Source: Candidatus Aenigmarchaeota archaeon LH_S6
GTDB taxonomy: Archaea > Aenigmatarchaeota > Aenigmatarchaeia > QMZS01
Length of the DNA stretch: 64,000 bases
Assembly (NCBI GenBank): GCA_023659935.1
Contig: JAGXOK010000001.1
Span: 9,569 to 73,568, forward strand
Reading direction: 5' to 3'
Part shown: one piece after another, positions 20,157-28,968 of the stretch
How positions within the stretch are numbered: the first letter of the stretch is position 1
How the letters are laid out: the number at the start of each line of letters is the position of its first letter
The notes under the pieces: generated by a model
What the model was told of the DNA's origin: nothing
What the model saw: the letters and a program-made list of their open reading frames with translations, nothing else
Database searches by the model: none
Position numbers and translations under genes: made by a program

Positions 20157-21557
20157 ATGGGAAGTTTAAGAGATAAATGTGGGGTGGGATTTGTAAATTC
20201 TTGTTTAGATGCTTATGGAATGCTTAGGGGTCTAGAACATAGAGGTGAGGAAAGTACAGGAATAGCAGGGATGAAAGATAAAGAAATATATGCTATGCGG
20301 TGGCTTGGAAAGGTTTACAACAAAAATTATGAGGATATTGAAGGAATAGGAGGAGAGCAATTTGCTATTCATACCAGATATGCAACTCAGGGATCGAAAA
20401 AGGAGTTATTAAAGGATGCTCATCCTATAACAATAGATGGATATGATAATTTGAACATGGAAAAACAAACTTCTTTTACAAAGGGTGCCAGTTCTGCAAT
20501 AGTTCACAATGGACAGGTAGTTGGAGATAAGATATTTCCTAATGAAATAGAAAGTGATACAGAATTACTTCTACGAACTTACAAGAAATATGGAATTCAT
20601 AAGTTAATGGAAGAAATTCCAGGTTCTTATTCAATGATAATCTTAGATGAAGGTAATGTGATAGGATGCAGAGACAGATATGGGATTAAACCTTTATGGT
20701 ATGGAGAAAAAGATGGTTTGCCAGTCCTTTGCTCAGAAGACTTTCCAATAAAGAAAATAGGTGGTAAACCGATAAGAGAAGTAGATCCTGGGGAAATGGT
20801 TTATATAGAAGATGATGATGTGAACTTTGAGAGAGTGGTTGAACCAGAAGAAAATTTTTGTTTTTTTGAGAAAAACTACCTGTCTAACCCAAACTCTACT
20901 TTTAAAGGAAGAAAAAATTGGGCAAACTCTACTTTTAAAGAAAGAAAAAATTGGGATACAAGAAAATCTTTAGGAGAGAAACTAGCAGAAGAATTTGAAA
21001 TAGAAGCAGACATTGTAATGGACGTCCCAAATACAGGAAAACCCTATGCCATTGGTTACTCTGAAAAAAGTGGGATTCCCTATTTACCTGAGCTAAAAAA
21101 GAAAAAAGTTGAGAGGTCATTTATACAATCAACAAAGGAAGAAAGAAGAAAATCGATAAGAGAGAATTTGTATCTTGAGAGACCTGAAGTTTTACGTAAA
21201 AAAGGAGTGGTTTTTGTTGATGATTCTATAATAAGAGGGAATGTGTTAGAAAGAGTTGCTAAAATATCTGAAGAAGCTGGAATTGAAAAAATATATTATC
21301 TTTCAGGAACTCCTCCAGTAGGCAGAGATGAAAATTGTTTTTGTTGTTATGGTGTTGACATGCCTAAATATGATGAGTTTATAATGAGGAGATATAGAAA
21401 TGAAAGAGAAATAGAAAAATATTTATCCGAAAACTATGGAATTCCGTTCGAATTGGATTATATTTCTCAAAAAGGATTATTTGATGTATTAGGAGACCCG
21501 GATAACTATTGTAAACGATGTATTACAGGAGAGAAACCCATTAAATCAAGAAAATAA
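20157..21557 (+). CDS. purF: Amidophosphoribosyltransferase
   Basis: Propeptide then CGV; HRG, HTRYATQG, HNG, RDRYGIKPL, VDDSIIRG, YGVDMP, C-terminal CxxC. Confidence 0.93.
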   Translation: MGSLRDKCGVGFVNSCLDAYGMLRGLEHRGEESTGIAGMKDKEIYAMRWLGKVYNKNYEDIEGIGGEQFAIHTRYATQGSKKELLKDAHPITIDGYDNLNMEKQTSFTKGASSAIVHNGQVVGDKIFPNEIESDTELLLRTYKKYGIHKLMEEIPGSYSMIILDEGNVIGCRDRYGIKPLWYGEKDGLPVLCSEDFPIKKIGGKPIREVDPGEMVYIEDDDVNFERVVEPEENFCFFEKNYLSNPNSTFKGRKNWANSTFKERKNWDTRKSLGEKLAEEFEIEADIVMDVPNTGKPYAIGYSEKSGIPYLPELKKKKVERSFIQSTKEERRKSIRENLYLERPEVLRKKGVVFVDDSIIRGNVLERVAKISEEAGIEKIYYLSGTPPVGRDENCFCCYGVDMPKYDEFIMRRYRNEREIEKYLSENYGIPFELDYISQKGLFDVLGDPDNYCKRCITGEKPIKSRK

Positions 21558-21563
21558 AGTCCT

Positions 21564-22370
21564 TTAGTCTCTACATTTTTCCAAAATTTTCTTCATCCTT
21601 AAACTATCTTGCTCAATAACAGGACTTTCAGAGATAATCCTTATATCTCTTTTATTAGTTCCAAAGCCTCTACTAAGTAACTCCTTCGCTAATTCCCTAA
21701 AAATTGGTTGGTTGGAGGAAATTACTAAATGTCTTTTTTCTCCTTTTTCAGTAAATTCAATCCCTGAGAAGTGAGTATGCAATTCTTTAAATTTTCTGAC
21801 TTTGTCCAGAATTTCAGAATAATTTATTTTTCCTCCCTGTCTCGCAAAGATATGTGCAAAATCTATTATTGGAACACAACCTTTAACTTCCCTGCAAATT
21901 TTTAGAATCTCGTCTAGAGTTCCGAATTGTGATTTTTTCCCTGTTGTTTCCAAGCCAAGAAAGACATTCCACTTATTTTTATCTATCTCTTCCCTTAGTT
22001 CCTTACAACCTTTTTTTACAAATTTATAAGCTTGCTCTTTTGGAAGTCTTCTGTAATATCCAGGATGAAAAACAATATATTTTGCTCCTAAATAATAGCC
22101 AATCTCACAGGAATCTAAGATTCTTTTCTTACTAACCTCAATTTTCTCTGGGTTGCAGAGGTTTATAAAATAAGAGGCATGGATAGATAGTTTAACTTTT
22201 AAATCCTTTGCAATTTTTCCAACTTCAATTGCCTTTTCTTTTTTCAGATAAACATTCCTTACAAATTCCATTTCAAGGGCATTCAACCCAAGTTTCTTTA
22301 CATCTTTAATTCCCTGAATTGTATCCCCTTCTGTAATTGTTGGTATTCCTGCTGGACCAAGGTAAATCAT
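21564..22370 (-). CDS. nfo: Endonuclease IV (AP endonuclease family 2)
   Basis: GPAG, SIHASYFINL, VFHPG, LETTGK, IDFAH, ISESP. Confidence 0.9.
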   Translation of the reverse strand: MIYLGPAGIPTITEGDTIQGIKDVKKLGLNALEMEFVRNVYLKKEKAIEVGKIAKDLKVKLSIHASYFINLCNPEKIEVSKKRILDSCEIGYYLGAKYIVFHPGYYRRLPKEQAYKFVKKGCKELREEIDKNKWNVFLGLETTGKKSQFGTLDEILKICREVKGCVPIIDFAHIFARQGGKINYSEILDKVRKFKELHTHFSGIEFTEKGEKRHLVISSNQPIFRELAKELLSRGFGTNKRDIRIISESPVIEQDSLRMKKILEKCRD

Positions 22371-22371
22371 T

Positions 22372-22620
22372 TTACTCAGAAGGAATTTTTATACCAAGAG
22401 GCTTTTCAGTATCCCATTCTACTGTGCGAGGTTCATATACATTTAATAATTTCAACTCTTTATCCCCTTTAATATATTCCTTAATTTTTTCTATATCTCT
22501 GTATTCCATATTTTTCATATAGGCATAGTCGTATGTCCTTGTAGAGCTTCCGGGTCTAGCTATGACTTCTTTTAACCATTTTTTAAACCCATCCTCTCTA
22601 CCTGTAAAGTCTATTCTCAT
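22372..22620 (-). CDS. Hypothetical protein
   Basis: 82-aa ORF ending 1 nt upstream of nfo, same strand. Confidence 0.55.
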   Translation of the reverse strand: MRIDFTGREDGFKKWLKEVIARPGSSTRTYDYAYMKNMEYRDIEKIKEYIKGDKELKLLNVYEPRTVEWDTEKPLGIKIPSE

Positions 22621-22713
22621 ATTTAAATTTAATTTTAAAATTAATATTACTAATTGTTACTTCGACAATTAACGATTCTTTATTTTTTACTTCTTCTTAC
22701 AATTACATAACTT

Positions 22714-22974
22714 ATGATAGAATATAAAAAAGTAGATAAGTTTGACTGCTTATATAATGGTGAAAATCTAGAGATTGATTGTATAGTGAGTAAATTTGGA
22801 CAAACAATCTATTTAGGATCAGGATTTACAAGAGCAAGAGTTCTAAATCCAGAGACTCTTAATGAGTTAAGAAATAAGCAGAAAATTATGGCTTATGGCT
22901 CTGAGAAAATTACATTTAAAAAAGACTATGAATTTGGTATATTTGAATTTTTAGTGGATTATTATAAGATCTAA
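22714..22974 (+). CDS. Hypothetical protein
   Basis: 86-aa ORF with host-like codon use. Confidence 0.5.
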   Translation: MIEYKKVDKFDCLYNGENLEIDCIVSKFGQTIYLGSGFTRARVLNPETLNELRNKQKIMAYGSEKITFKKDYEFGIFEFLVDYYKI

Positions 22975-23002
22975 TATTCTTTACTATGTAAAATTTAGTT
23001 CC

Positions 23003-23497
23003 TTAAACTTTGTTACCTAATTTTATAGGTTCCATAAAAACACTTCCATTTAAATGAAGTAAAGGAGTAAATTTTTCTTCTCTAATCCATTCTTTTAGAA
23101 CTTTTCCAACAATTAAAAAATGATCTCCATATTCCTTTATTTCAGCAATTTTACATTCAAAAGAGATTGGACACTTAATTACTGGTGGAGAAACAAGTTT
23201 TGATTTTTCTGTAATCAAATTTGCTTTTTTAAATTTGTCTAATTCTCTACCAGAATAAGTTCCGCAGATTATTGCCTCTTCTTTCATTTCTTTACCTAAT
23301 AAATTTAGAGTTAGTTCTTTTCTCTCTTTCAAATTCTTAAAAGTATATCTTTTTGGAGAAACTGAGAAGGCTATATACTTCGGCTCAAAACTAACAGGCA
23401 TTAAAAAACTTGCTGTCATAACATTCGCTTTACCCTCCTTACTTAGAGTTACAATTAAACCAACCATTCTTGGAAATATTTGTTCTGAGATTCTCAT
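23003..23497 (-). CDS. Flavin reductase family protein
   Basis: NVMTAS..PVSFEP, CGTYSGR.LDKF, FECK...GDH. Confidence 0.9.
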   Translation of the reverse strand: MRISEQIFPRMVGLIVTLSKEGKANVMTASFLMPVSFEPKYIAFSVSPKRYTFKNLKERKELTLNLLGKEMKEEAIICGTYSGRELDKFKKANLITEKSKLVSPPVIKCPISFECKIAEIKEYGDHFLIVGKVLKEWIREEKFTPLLHLNGSVFMEPIKLGNKV

Positions 23498-23539
23498 AAA
23501 TTACATTTAATATGATATATAAAGGAATAGTAGGAGGGA

Positions 23540-23828
23540 GTTTCAATCCTTATTTCATTCGTTTTCTTTGAAAACGATGCACCGTTTTTCTTTGAAAAAC
23601 GAGTGTCTTGGACCTATCTCTAAAACGCAACCCTTTTCAAGGTAATTGTTGAAAAAGGTCTGCACCCTAAAAACTAAAATAACAGAATTATCACCCTGTT
23701 TTGGCTTGAGCCTTTTTAATTTATAATACCCATAAAAGGCTCATTTAATCCTTATTTCATTCGTTTTCTTCGAAAACGATGCACCGTTTTTCTTTGAAAA
23801 ACGAGTGTCATGGACCTATTTCTAAAAC
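23540..23828 (-). CRISPR. Atypical mini-array: two repeats (23540-23626, 23742-23828), each split by a 50-nt insert, flanking a 115-nt structured pseudo-spacer
   Basis: Repeat halves gtttcaatccttattt + tc(t/a)tggacctat(c/t)tctaaaac add up to the 37-nt repeat; inserts at 23556-23605 and 23758-23807. Confidence 0.88.
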
Positions 23829-23881
23829 TTGAAAGACTTAAATATCTATTATATCATTAATAATAAATGGTGTGATGTAAT

Positions 23882-24406
23882 ATGTTTCTCAAAAAATACC
23901 TAATTCGAAAGATAGTAGAATACGATTTACTTCCTTGCTCTATTAGATGGAAAAAATCCGTTAGTGGTATTGGAAGAATGTATGCAGATATTATGAAAAT
24001 GATGAAAGAAAATTACAGTTCTGAGGGGGTTAAAAGATTAAGTAAAGTTATGTATAACATTGGTTTTACTCAAGCATCTGAGATATTAGAATTATTAGGA
24101 TTGGAAAGGAACTTGGAAGGTTGCGCATATGCCTTATTAGCTATGCATAGGATTTTCGGAATTAAAAGCAAGATCGTTAAAAAAGAAAGTAATAAAATTA
24201 TAATCCATGTAACAGACTGCTGTTGGGGTAGAAAGAAGAGGGGTTGGACTCCCCAAACATGTGCTTCAATTGGTCAATATGAAACGGGTTTAGTAAAGGG
24301 AATACTGCCTGATGCTACCCCTATATATCCTAAAAGGCATACTCTTGGACATGATGTATGCGAACTTGTTCTCACTCTAAAAGAGGAAGGTGATAAGGAT
24401 GAATGA
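23882..24406 (+). CDS. V4R/ATC-hydrolase-like small ligand-binding protein
   Basis: Helical N-terminus then VTDCCW...C..IGQYETGLVKG...GHDVCEL Cys pattern. Confidence 0.6.
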   Translation: MFLKKYLIRKIVEYDLLPCSIRWKKSVSGIGRMYADIMKMMKENYSSEGVKRLSKVMYNIGFTQASEILELLGLERNLEGCAYALLAMHRIFGIKSKIVKKESNKIIIHVTDCCWGRKKRGWTPQTCASIGQYETGLVKGILPDATPIYPKRHTLGHDVCELVLTLKEEGDKDE

Positions 24407-24926
24407 AATGGTAATACTTGTAGACGAAAACGATAGGCAAATTGGAGTGGAAGATAAAATAAACGCTCATCAAGGAGAAGGAAAATTGCATAGGGCATTG
24501 TCAATATTTATATTCAACCCCAAAGGAAAATTGCTAATTCAAAGAAGAGCTAAAACAAAATATCATTGTGGTGGTCTATGGACTAATACTTGTTGTTCTC
24601 ATCCAAGACCAGAAGAATCTTTAGAGCAAGCAGCTCATAGAAGATTAAAAGAAGAAATGGGCTTCGATTGTGATTTTAAAGAAGTGTTTTCGTTTATATA
24701 TAAAGCGAATTTTGATAATGGTCTCACAGAATGGGAATTTGATCATGTTCTTATTGGAGAGTTTGACGGAGAGATAAAAGCAAACCCAAAAGAGGTTGCT
24801 GATTGGAAATGGGTCGGTCTTAATGAATTAAAAGAAGACATTAAAGAAAATCCGAATGAATACACACAGTGGTTTAAAATTGCTATTGACAGAACTCTTT
24901 CTTATTATACCCAGTATAAGGAGTGA
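24399..24926 (+). CDS. idi: Isopentenyl-diphosphate delta-isomerase type 1
   Basis: LHRALSIFIF, WTNTCCSHP, RRLKEEMG, EWEFDHV, NPKEV. Confidence 0.95.
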   Translation: MNEMVILVDENDRQIGVEDKINAHQGEGKLHRALSIFIFNPKGKLLIQRRAKTKYHCGGLWTNTCCSHPRPEESLEQAAHRRLKEEMGFDCDFKEVFSFIYKANFDNGLTEWEFDHVLIGEFDGEIKANPKEVADWKWVGLNELKEDIKENPNEYTQWFKIAIDRTLSYYTQYKE

Positions 24927-24932
24927 TATAGA

Positions 24933-25140
24933 ATGGTTGATGTGTTAATTTTTACGCGAGCCCATAGCTGCAGAGTATGTTGCTGGATATTTAAAATTAA
25001 AAGGATTATCTGTTGATGTAATACAGCATACAACAGAAGATGATAATGTTATATTGAATTTAATTAGGAAAGAAAAACTAAAAATACTGGGCATATCTAT
25101 TCATAGTACCCATATTTTTCCTTCAGCTGTATCTCCAGGT
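24933..25140 (+). pseudogene. Fragment of cobalamin-binding domain (B12 radical SAM-like N-terminus)
   Basis: EYVAGYLKLKGLSVDV...IRKEKLKILGISI; frameshifted near start and truncated. Confidence 0.5.
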
Positions 25141-25267
25141 TGGTAAGGTACACTAACTTCAAATAAATTATGTAATCCCAGAAATAAAAGAGAAATTGTA
25201 ACTAAAATAACAAATCCTAAAATTACCTTATTCTCTACAATAAATTTTCTCAATTCCATAATTCAGT

Positions 25268-26117
25268 ATTTTAATCCTTATTTTACTGGATCTATTTCTA
25301 AAACTGCCATATCTCCTACTACATCATCAGAACTCTCCGTTGCGTTTCAATCCTTATTTTCATGGACCTATCTCTAAAACAGAAAATTTAGAAAATCTGG
25401 CTGAAGAGTATGGTATGTTTCAATCCTTATTTTCATGGACCTATCTCTAAAACTTTCTTTTAGGTCTATGTTTCCCCCCATTCCAGCATGTTTCAATCCT
25501 TATTTTACTGGACCTATCTCTAAAACATTAGATACAAGGGAGAGAAAGCTTGAAGAATCTAAAGTTTCAATCCTTATTTTACTGGACCTATCTCTAAAAC
25601 AGGAATGCGCTCCAGAATCTATCATTACTTTTCCTTGTTTCAATCCTTATTTTACTGGACCTATTTCTAAAACACAAAGGACTTAGAGGGAACATAAAAT
25701 ACAAAACCCTGTTTCAATCCTTATTTTCGTGGATCTATTTCTAAAACTAACTCTGGAGGACGGGTTCAACGCAACTTCTGATGGTTTCAATCCTTATTTT
25801 ACTGGATCTATCTCTAAAACGAGACAGGGAAAAACCAACAACCAACACCATATCACGTTTCAATCCTTATTTTACTGGATCTATCTCTAAAACGCAACCC
25901 TTTTCAAGGTAATTGTTGAAAAAGGTCTGCACCTCAAAAACTAAAATAACAGAGTTATCACCCTGTTTTGGCTTTAGCCTTTTTAATTTACAATACCCAT
26001 AAAAGGCTCATTCAATCCTTATTTTACTGGACCTATCTCTAAAACTGTATTTTCAAGAAGGAAAAACCTTATCTCTTCTCGTTTCAATCCTTATTTTACT
26101 GGACCTATCTCTAAAAC
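25268..26117 (-). CRISPR. CRISPR array, 11 repeats of 37 nt (GTTTTAGAGATAGGTCCAGTAAAATAAGGATTGAAAC), nine spacers of 35-39 nt plus one of 115 nt
   Basis: Repeats start at 25268 (degenerate), 25344, 25417, 25490, 25564, 25637, 25711, 25784, 25857, 26009, 26081; ATTGAAAC 3' handle sets orientation. Confidence 0.97.
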
Positions 26118-26270
26118 AGCACCGAAATCCTTTGATTTTGGCTGTTCTTGGCGATTTTAATTCACCAATTTCGTCATATATATTATTTATCATTTTCTTT
26201 ATAAAGGAGTGCTATTGTACACATATTCGCCTGTAACAACAATCAACACACCTCATATTATAACTTGTTT
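26118..26270 (-). promoter_or_regulatory. Probable CRISPR leader
   Basis: Non-coding AT-rich stretch with tttataaa TATA-like box, at the end opposite the degenerate repeat; extent approximate. Confidence 0.6.
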
Positions 26271-26358
26271 TTTTTTAGGATAGAAACCCTTTTGGATTAT
26301 ATTTAGGATTTCATTTATCATCCCGATTGCCCCAATCATAAATTATAATCACTTATTT

Positions 26359-26520
26359 TTATAACTTCTCTAAAATCTCAAGTAATTCCTTATCTTCTTT
26401 CATCATTTTTTCTATCTGTTTATCTGCAATTTCCTTGGAAACTTTTAGTTCTTTTATACCTTTATCTGTTAATACATGTCTTATATAATACTTCCCTTCA
26501 ACTTTTTTCAATTCTCTCAT
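26359..26520 (-). CDS. Small hypothetical protein (53 aa)
   Basis: MRELKKVEGKYYIRHV...EDKELLEILEKL; tttaaata TATA-like box just upstream. Confidence 0.5.
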   Translation of the reverse strand: MRELKKVEGKYYIRHVLTDKGIKELKVSKEIADKQIEKMMKEDKELLEILEKL

Positions 26521-26550
26521 AAATATAATTTGTAAGTTTATTTAAATCAA

Positions 26551-26664
26551 TTTGGGTGTTGGCCTTTTGATAGATTTAACCAATAAAGGCTGACTCTTTT
26601 TTTATTGACCAATTTTGTAGTTTGGGTGTTGGCCTTTTGATAGATTTAACCAATAAAGGCTGAC
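26551..26664. repeat. Two identical 44-bp palindromic elements (26551-26594, 26621-26664)
   Basis: tttgggtgttggccttttgatagatttaaccaataaaggctgac twice; stem gttggccttt/aaaggctgac. Confidence 0.92.
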
Positions 26665-26677
26665 AAGGGTTGCATAT

Positions 26678-27328
26678 TTAAACTGATTTAACTGTTCCAA
26701 AACCCTGTGAAACTCCTTTACCCAATCCAATAAATTCAGGTAATTTAAAATTGATTTTAAAATCACCAGTAAAACCAATCATAGGTACTTCTTTATATAC
26801 AACCGAGACAGGTTTAACTTTTGTCTTGACTTTTAATTCAGACAAAACAACATATTCAAATGCTTTTGCAACAGAAAGAATATTTCCAATCAGGACCTTG
26901 TGCAATAGCAATGTCTGTTCTTTTTTATTTAAACTATTATACTCTTTATAATTCTTCTCATTCAAAGCTATCCATGGTATGACAAACCTATATTTTCTCT
27001 CTTTTTCACTAAAACAAAAGTTCTGATATTTTTCTATTGTCTTTTTTTCTACAATTTTGTAACTGCTTGTTCCCAATTTAAGGTTGTCAAACTCATTCGA
27101 AATATTTTTTAAAGCAGTTGCACCCTCATTAATACCTAAAATAACTGGAGTGCCTTCTATTACTTTGTATTGTACTAGTGGATAAGTATATAGATAATTT
27201 TTCTCCAGATGATGATGTAAGATTGGTTCATCTCTAAATTTATTCCCAACAAAACCGCGGAGAAATGTTCCGGATTCTTTAACAGGTTTATTTGTTTTCA
27301 GAATTAAAGTATAAATTAAAAGTTCCAT
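26678..27328 (-). CDS. cas6: CRISPR-associated endoribonuclease Cas6 (Cas6b type)
   Basis: LHHH..YLYTYPLVQYK, PWIALN, C-terminal GLGKGVSQGFG Gly-rich loop; adjacent to array. Confidence 0.95.
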   Translation of the reverse strand: MELLIYTLILKTNKPVKESGTFLRGFVGNKFRDEPILHHHLEKNYLYTYPLVQYKVIEGTPVILGINEGATALKNISNEFDNLKLGTSSYKIVEKKTIEKYQNFCFSEKERKYRFVIPWIALNEKNYKEYNSLNKKEQTLLLHKVLIGNILSVAKAFEYVVLSELKVKTKVKPVSVVYKEVPMIGFTGDFKINFKLPEFIGLGKGVSQGFGTVKSV

Positions 27329-27348
27329 AAAAATAAGGAATAATAAAA

Positions 27349-27738
27349 TTACCTTTTACTCCTCTGCTTGTGTCTTCTTGGACCTTTCTTGCTTCTGCTT
27401 GGTTTGTGGGGTTCTGTTCTCCTGACATCTGGAACCAGTAGATTTCTGTCATAACCTATAAATTTCTTTTTTAGTTCTTTTCCTTTAAGAGAAGCTAAAC
27501 CAATTGCTATTGCTTGTCCAACTGCTTCTGCCTGCCCTATAATCCCTCCTCCTTTCACGTTAGCCTTTATTGTGAAGTTTTCATCTTCTGCAATTAATAG
27601 GGGTTCAAGAATTTTTAATTGGATAACTTTTGGAAAATTTTCAATATCTTTATGATTAATTATTATTTTTTTATCTCCTTTTTCTAGCCTTACTCTAGCA
27701 ACCGCCCTCTTCCTCTTTCCAGTAAATAGTTTACTCAT
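27349..27738 (-). CDS. rps9: 30S ribosomal protein S9
   Basis: GKRKRAVAR, GGGIIGQAEA, DVRRTEPHKP...QRSKR. Confidence 0.97.
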   Translation of the reverse strand: MSKLFTGKRKRAVARVRLEKGDKKIIINHKDIENFPKVIQLKILEPLLIAEDENFTIKANVKGGGIIGQAEAVGQAIAIGLASLKGKELKKKFIGYDRNLLVPDVRRTEPHKPSRSKKGPRRHKQRSKR

Positions 27739-28150
27739 TATCTTTATTCCCCAAAAATTTACTTAATTCACTAACAAAAATAGACCACCTTTTTACTTTA
27801 TCAACTTGTTTGCCAATTTTCTTGAATTCAGAATTTTTATATTTATCAGGTACTCCAACAAAAACTTTTATCCTTTTAAAGGTTTTTTTTCCCTCTTTTG
27901 TTTTATAAGGGAGCATCCCTCTGATTGCTCTCATGACAATCTGGTCAGGTTTTGATGGAAAAAAAGGCCCATGCTGGGGATTTCCTCTCCTTCTTCTCTC
28001 TAAATATTTTTTAAATATGTCCTCTTTTTTACCAGAAATTACAGCCTGCTCAGAATTTATAATTATAATCTCTTCTTCCCTCTTTGCTTTTTTTGCAACT
28101 TCTGTTGCTAGCCTTCCAAGAATACAGTTTTTGGCATTTATAACTTCCAT
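27731..28150 (-). CDS. rpl13: 50S ribosomal protein L13
   Basis: ILGRLA, GPFFPSKP, IRGMLPYK. Confidence 0.97.
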   Translation of the reverse strand: MEVINAKNCILGRLATEVAKKAKREEEIIIINSEQAVISGKKEDIFKKYLERRRRGNPQHGPFFPSKPDQIVMRAIRGMLPYKTKEGKKTFKRIKVFVGVPDKYKNSEFKKIGKQVDKVKRWSIFVSELSKFLGNKDNE

Positions 28151-28176
28151 CTTTAAATATCATTAAAAATCTTTAT

Positions 28177-28375
28177 ATGAAGACAGAAATAATTGTTGTC
28201 TTAAATTCAAAAAAACAGGAGATTCTAAGAGGTAATTAAGAATTAAAGTAAAATCAAAACCGGAAAATAATAAAGTTAATTAGAGGTTGAGAAATTACTC
28301 TCAAAACATCTTGGCAAAAAAGTCAGAATAATCAGAGGATTTAAAAGCAAGAGAAAGGTTGTTGAAGTACATTAA
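28177..28375 (+). pseudogene. DUF167 (UPF0235) pseudogene
   Basis: Three frames give MKTEIIV..., LRIKVKSKPENNKVN and LLSKHLGKKVRIIRGFKSKRKVV. Confidence 0.75.
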
Positions 28376-28395
28376 CCTTAAATAATTAATATATT

Positions 28396-28695
28396 ATGGT
28401 AATCGATGTTGGAGAATCTTCAGATTTTGATGAAAGCAAAGAAGAAAAGCCTACAAAGGAAATTCCTGCATTTATGGAGGAATTAGTTGATTTAGTAAGA
28501 AAGAAATTTGAAGCACAGAATGAGCAGATAGAGAGATTAAAGGCAGAGGTTGGGATGATTAAAGAAAATGAAATTGAAACTTTTAGTAAGAAAGTAGTAG
28601 AACTAGAAAATAAAATAAAGTCTTTAGAAAATAAACTAGAGAAACAAAAACCAAATATTAATGACAAGATTCTTGATGGTCTGAAAAGAGTTTGA
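28396..28695 (+). CDS. Coiled-coil hypothetical protein
   Basis: 99-aa E/K-rich ORF. Confidence 0.65.
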   Translation: MVIDVGESSDFDESKEEKPTKEIPAFMEELVDLVRKKFEAQNEQIERLKAEVGMIKENEIETFSKKVVELENKIKSLENKLEKQKPNINDKILDGLKRV

Positions 28696-28968
28696 TTTTT
28701 TTTTGGGTTTATTTTTTCATAAAATCTACTGTAATTAGAAAATATCTGTTCCTGCAAAAATCTAATCAGGGAACTGGAAAATTATAAATATAGAGTCTCA
28801 AAGGGTTCTATTCAGGAATTACCTGTTAAATCAGAGAACGATGCTGTTGACAGTTTACGCTATAGGCTTTTTTCTTATAATCTCTCAAATCAGCAATCTT
28901 CAGAATTATGTGATGATGTTGTTAGTTGAAATTGGTAAGAATAACTTTTATAAATAATTTTATATATT

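Noticed and set aside
23556-23605. CRISPR repeat insert as a BHB-spliced intron
   Set aside because: I could not build a 4-bp helix with 3-nt bulges at the junctions on either strand, unlike the five tRNA introns.
25435-25686. 83-aa ORF with repeated CFNPYFTGPISKT
   Set aside because: Translation of CRISPR repeats.
25305-26080. Self-targeting spacers
   Set aside because: No match to the window noticed by eye other than the duplicated 115-mer; needs BLASTN.
26551-26664. 44-bp repeats as a second CRISPR type
   Set aside because: Only two copies with a 26-nt gap, and related singletons are dispersed elsewhere; treated as palindromic elements.
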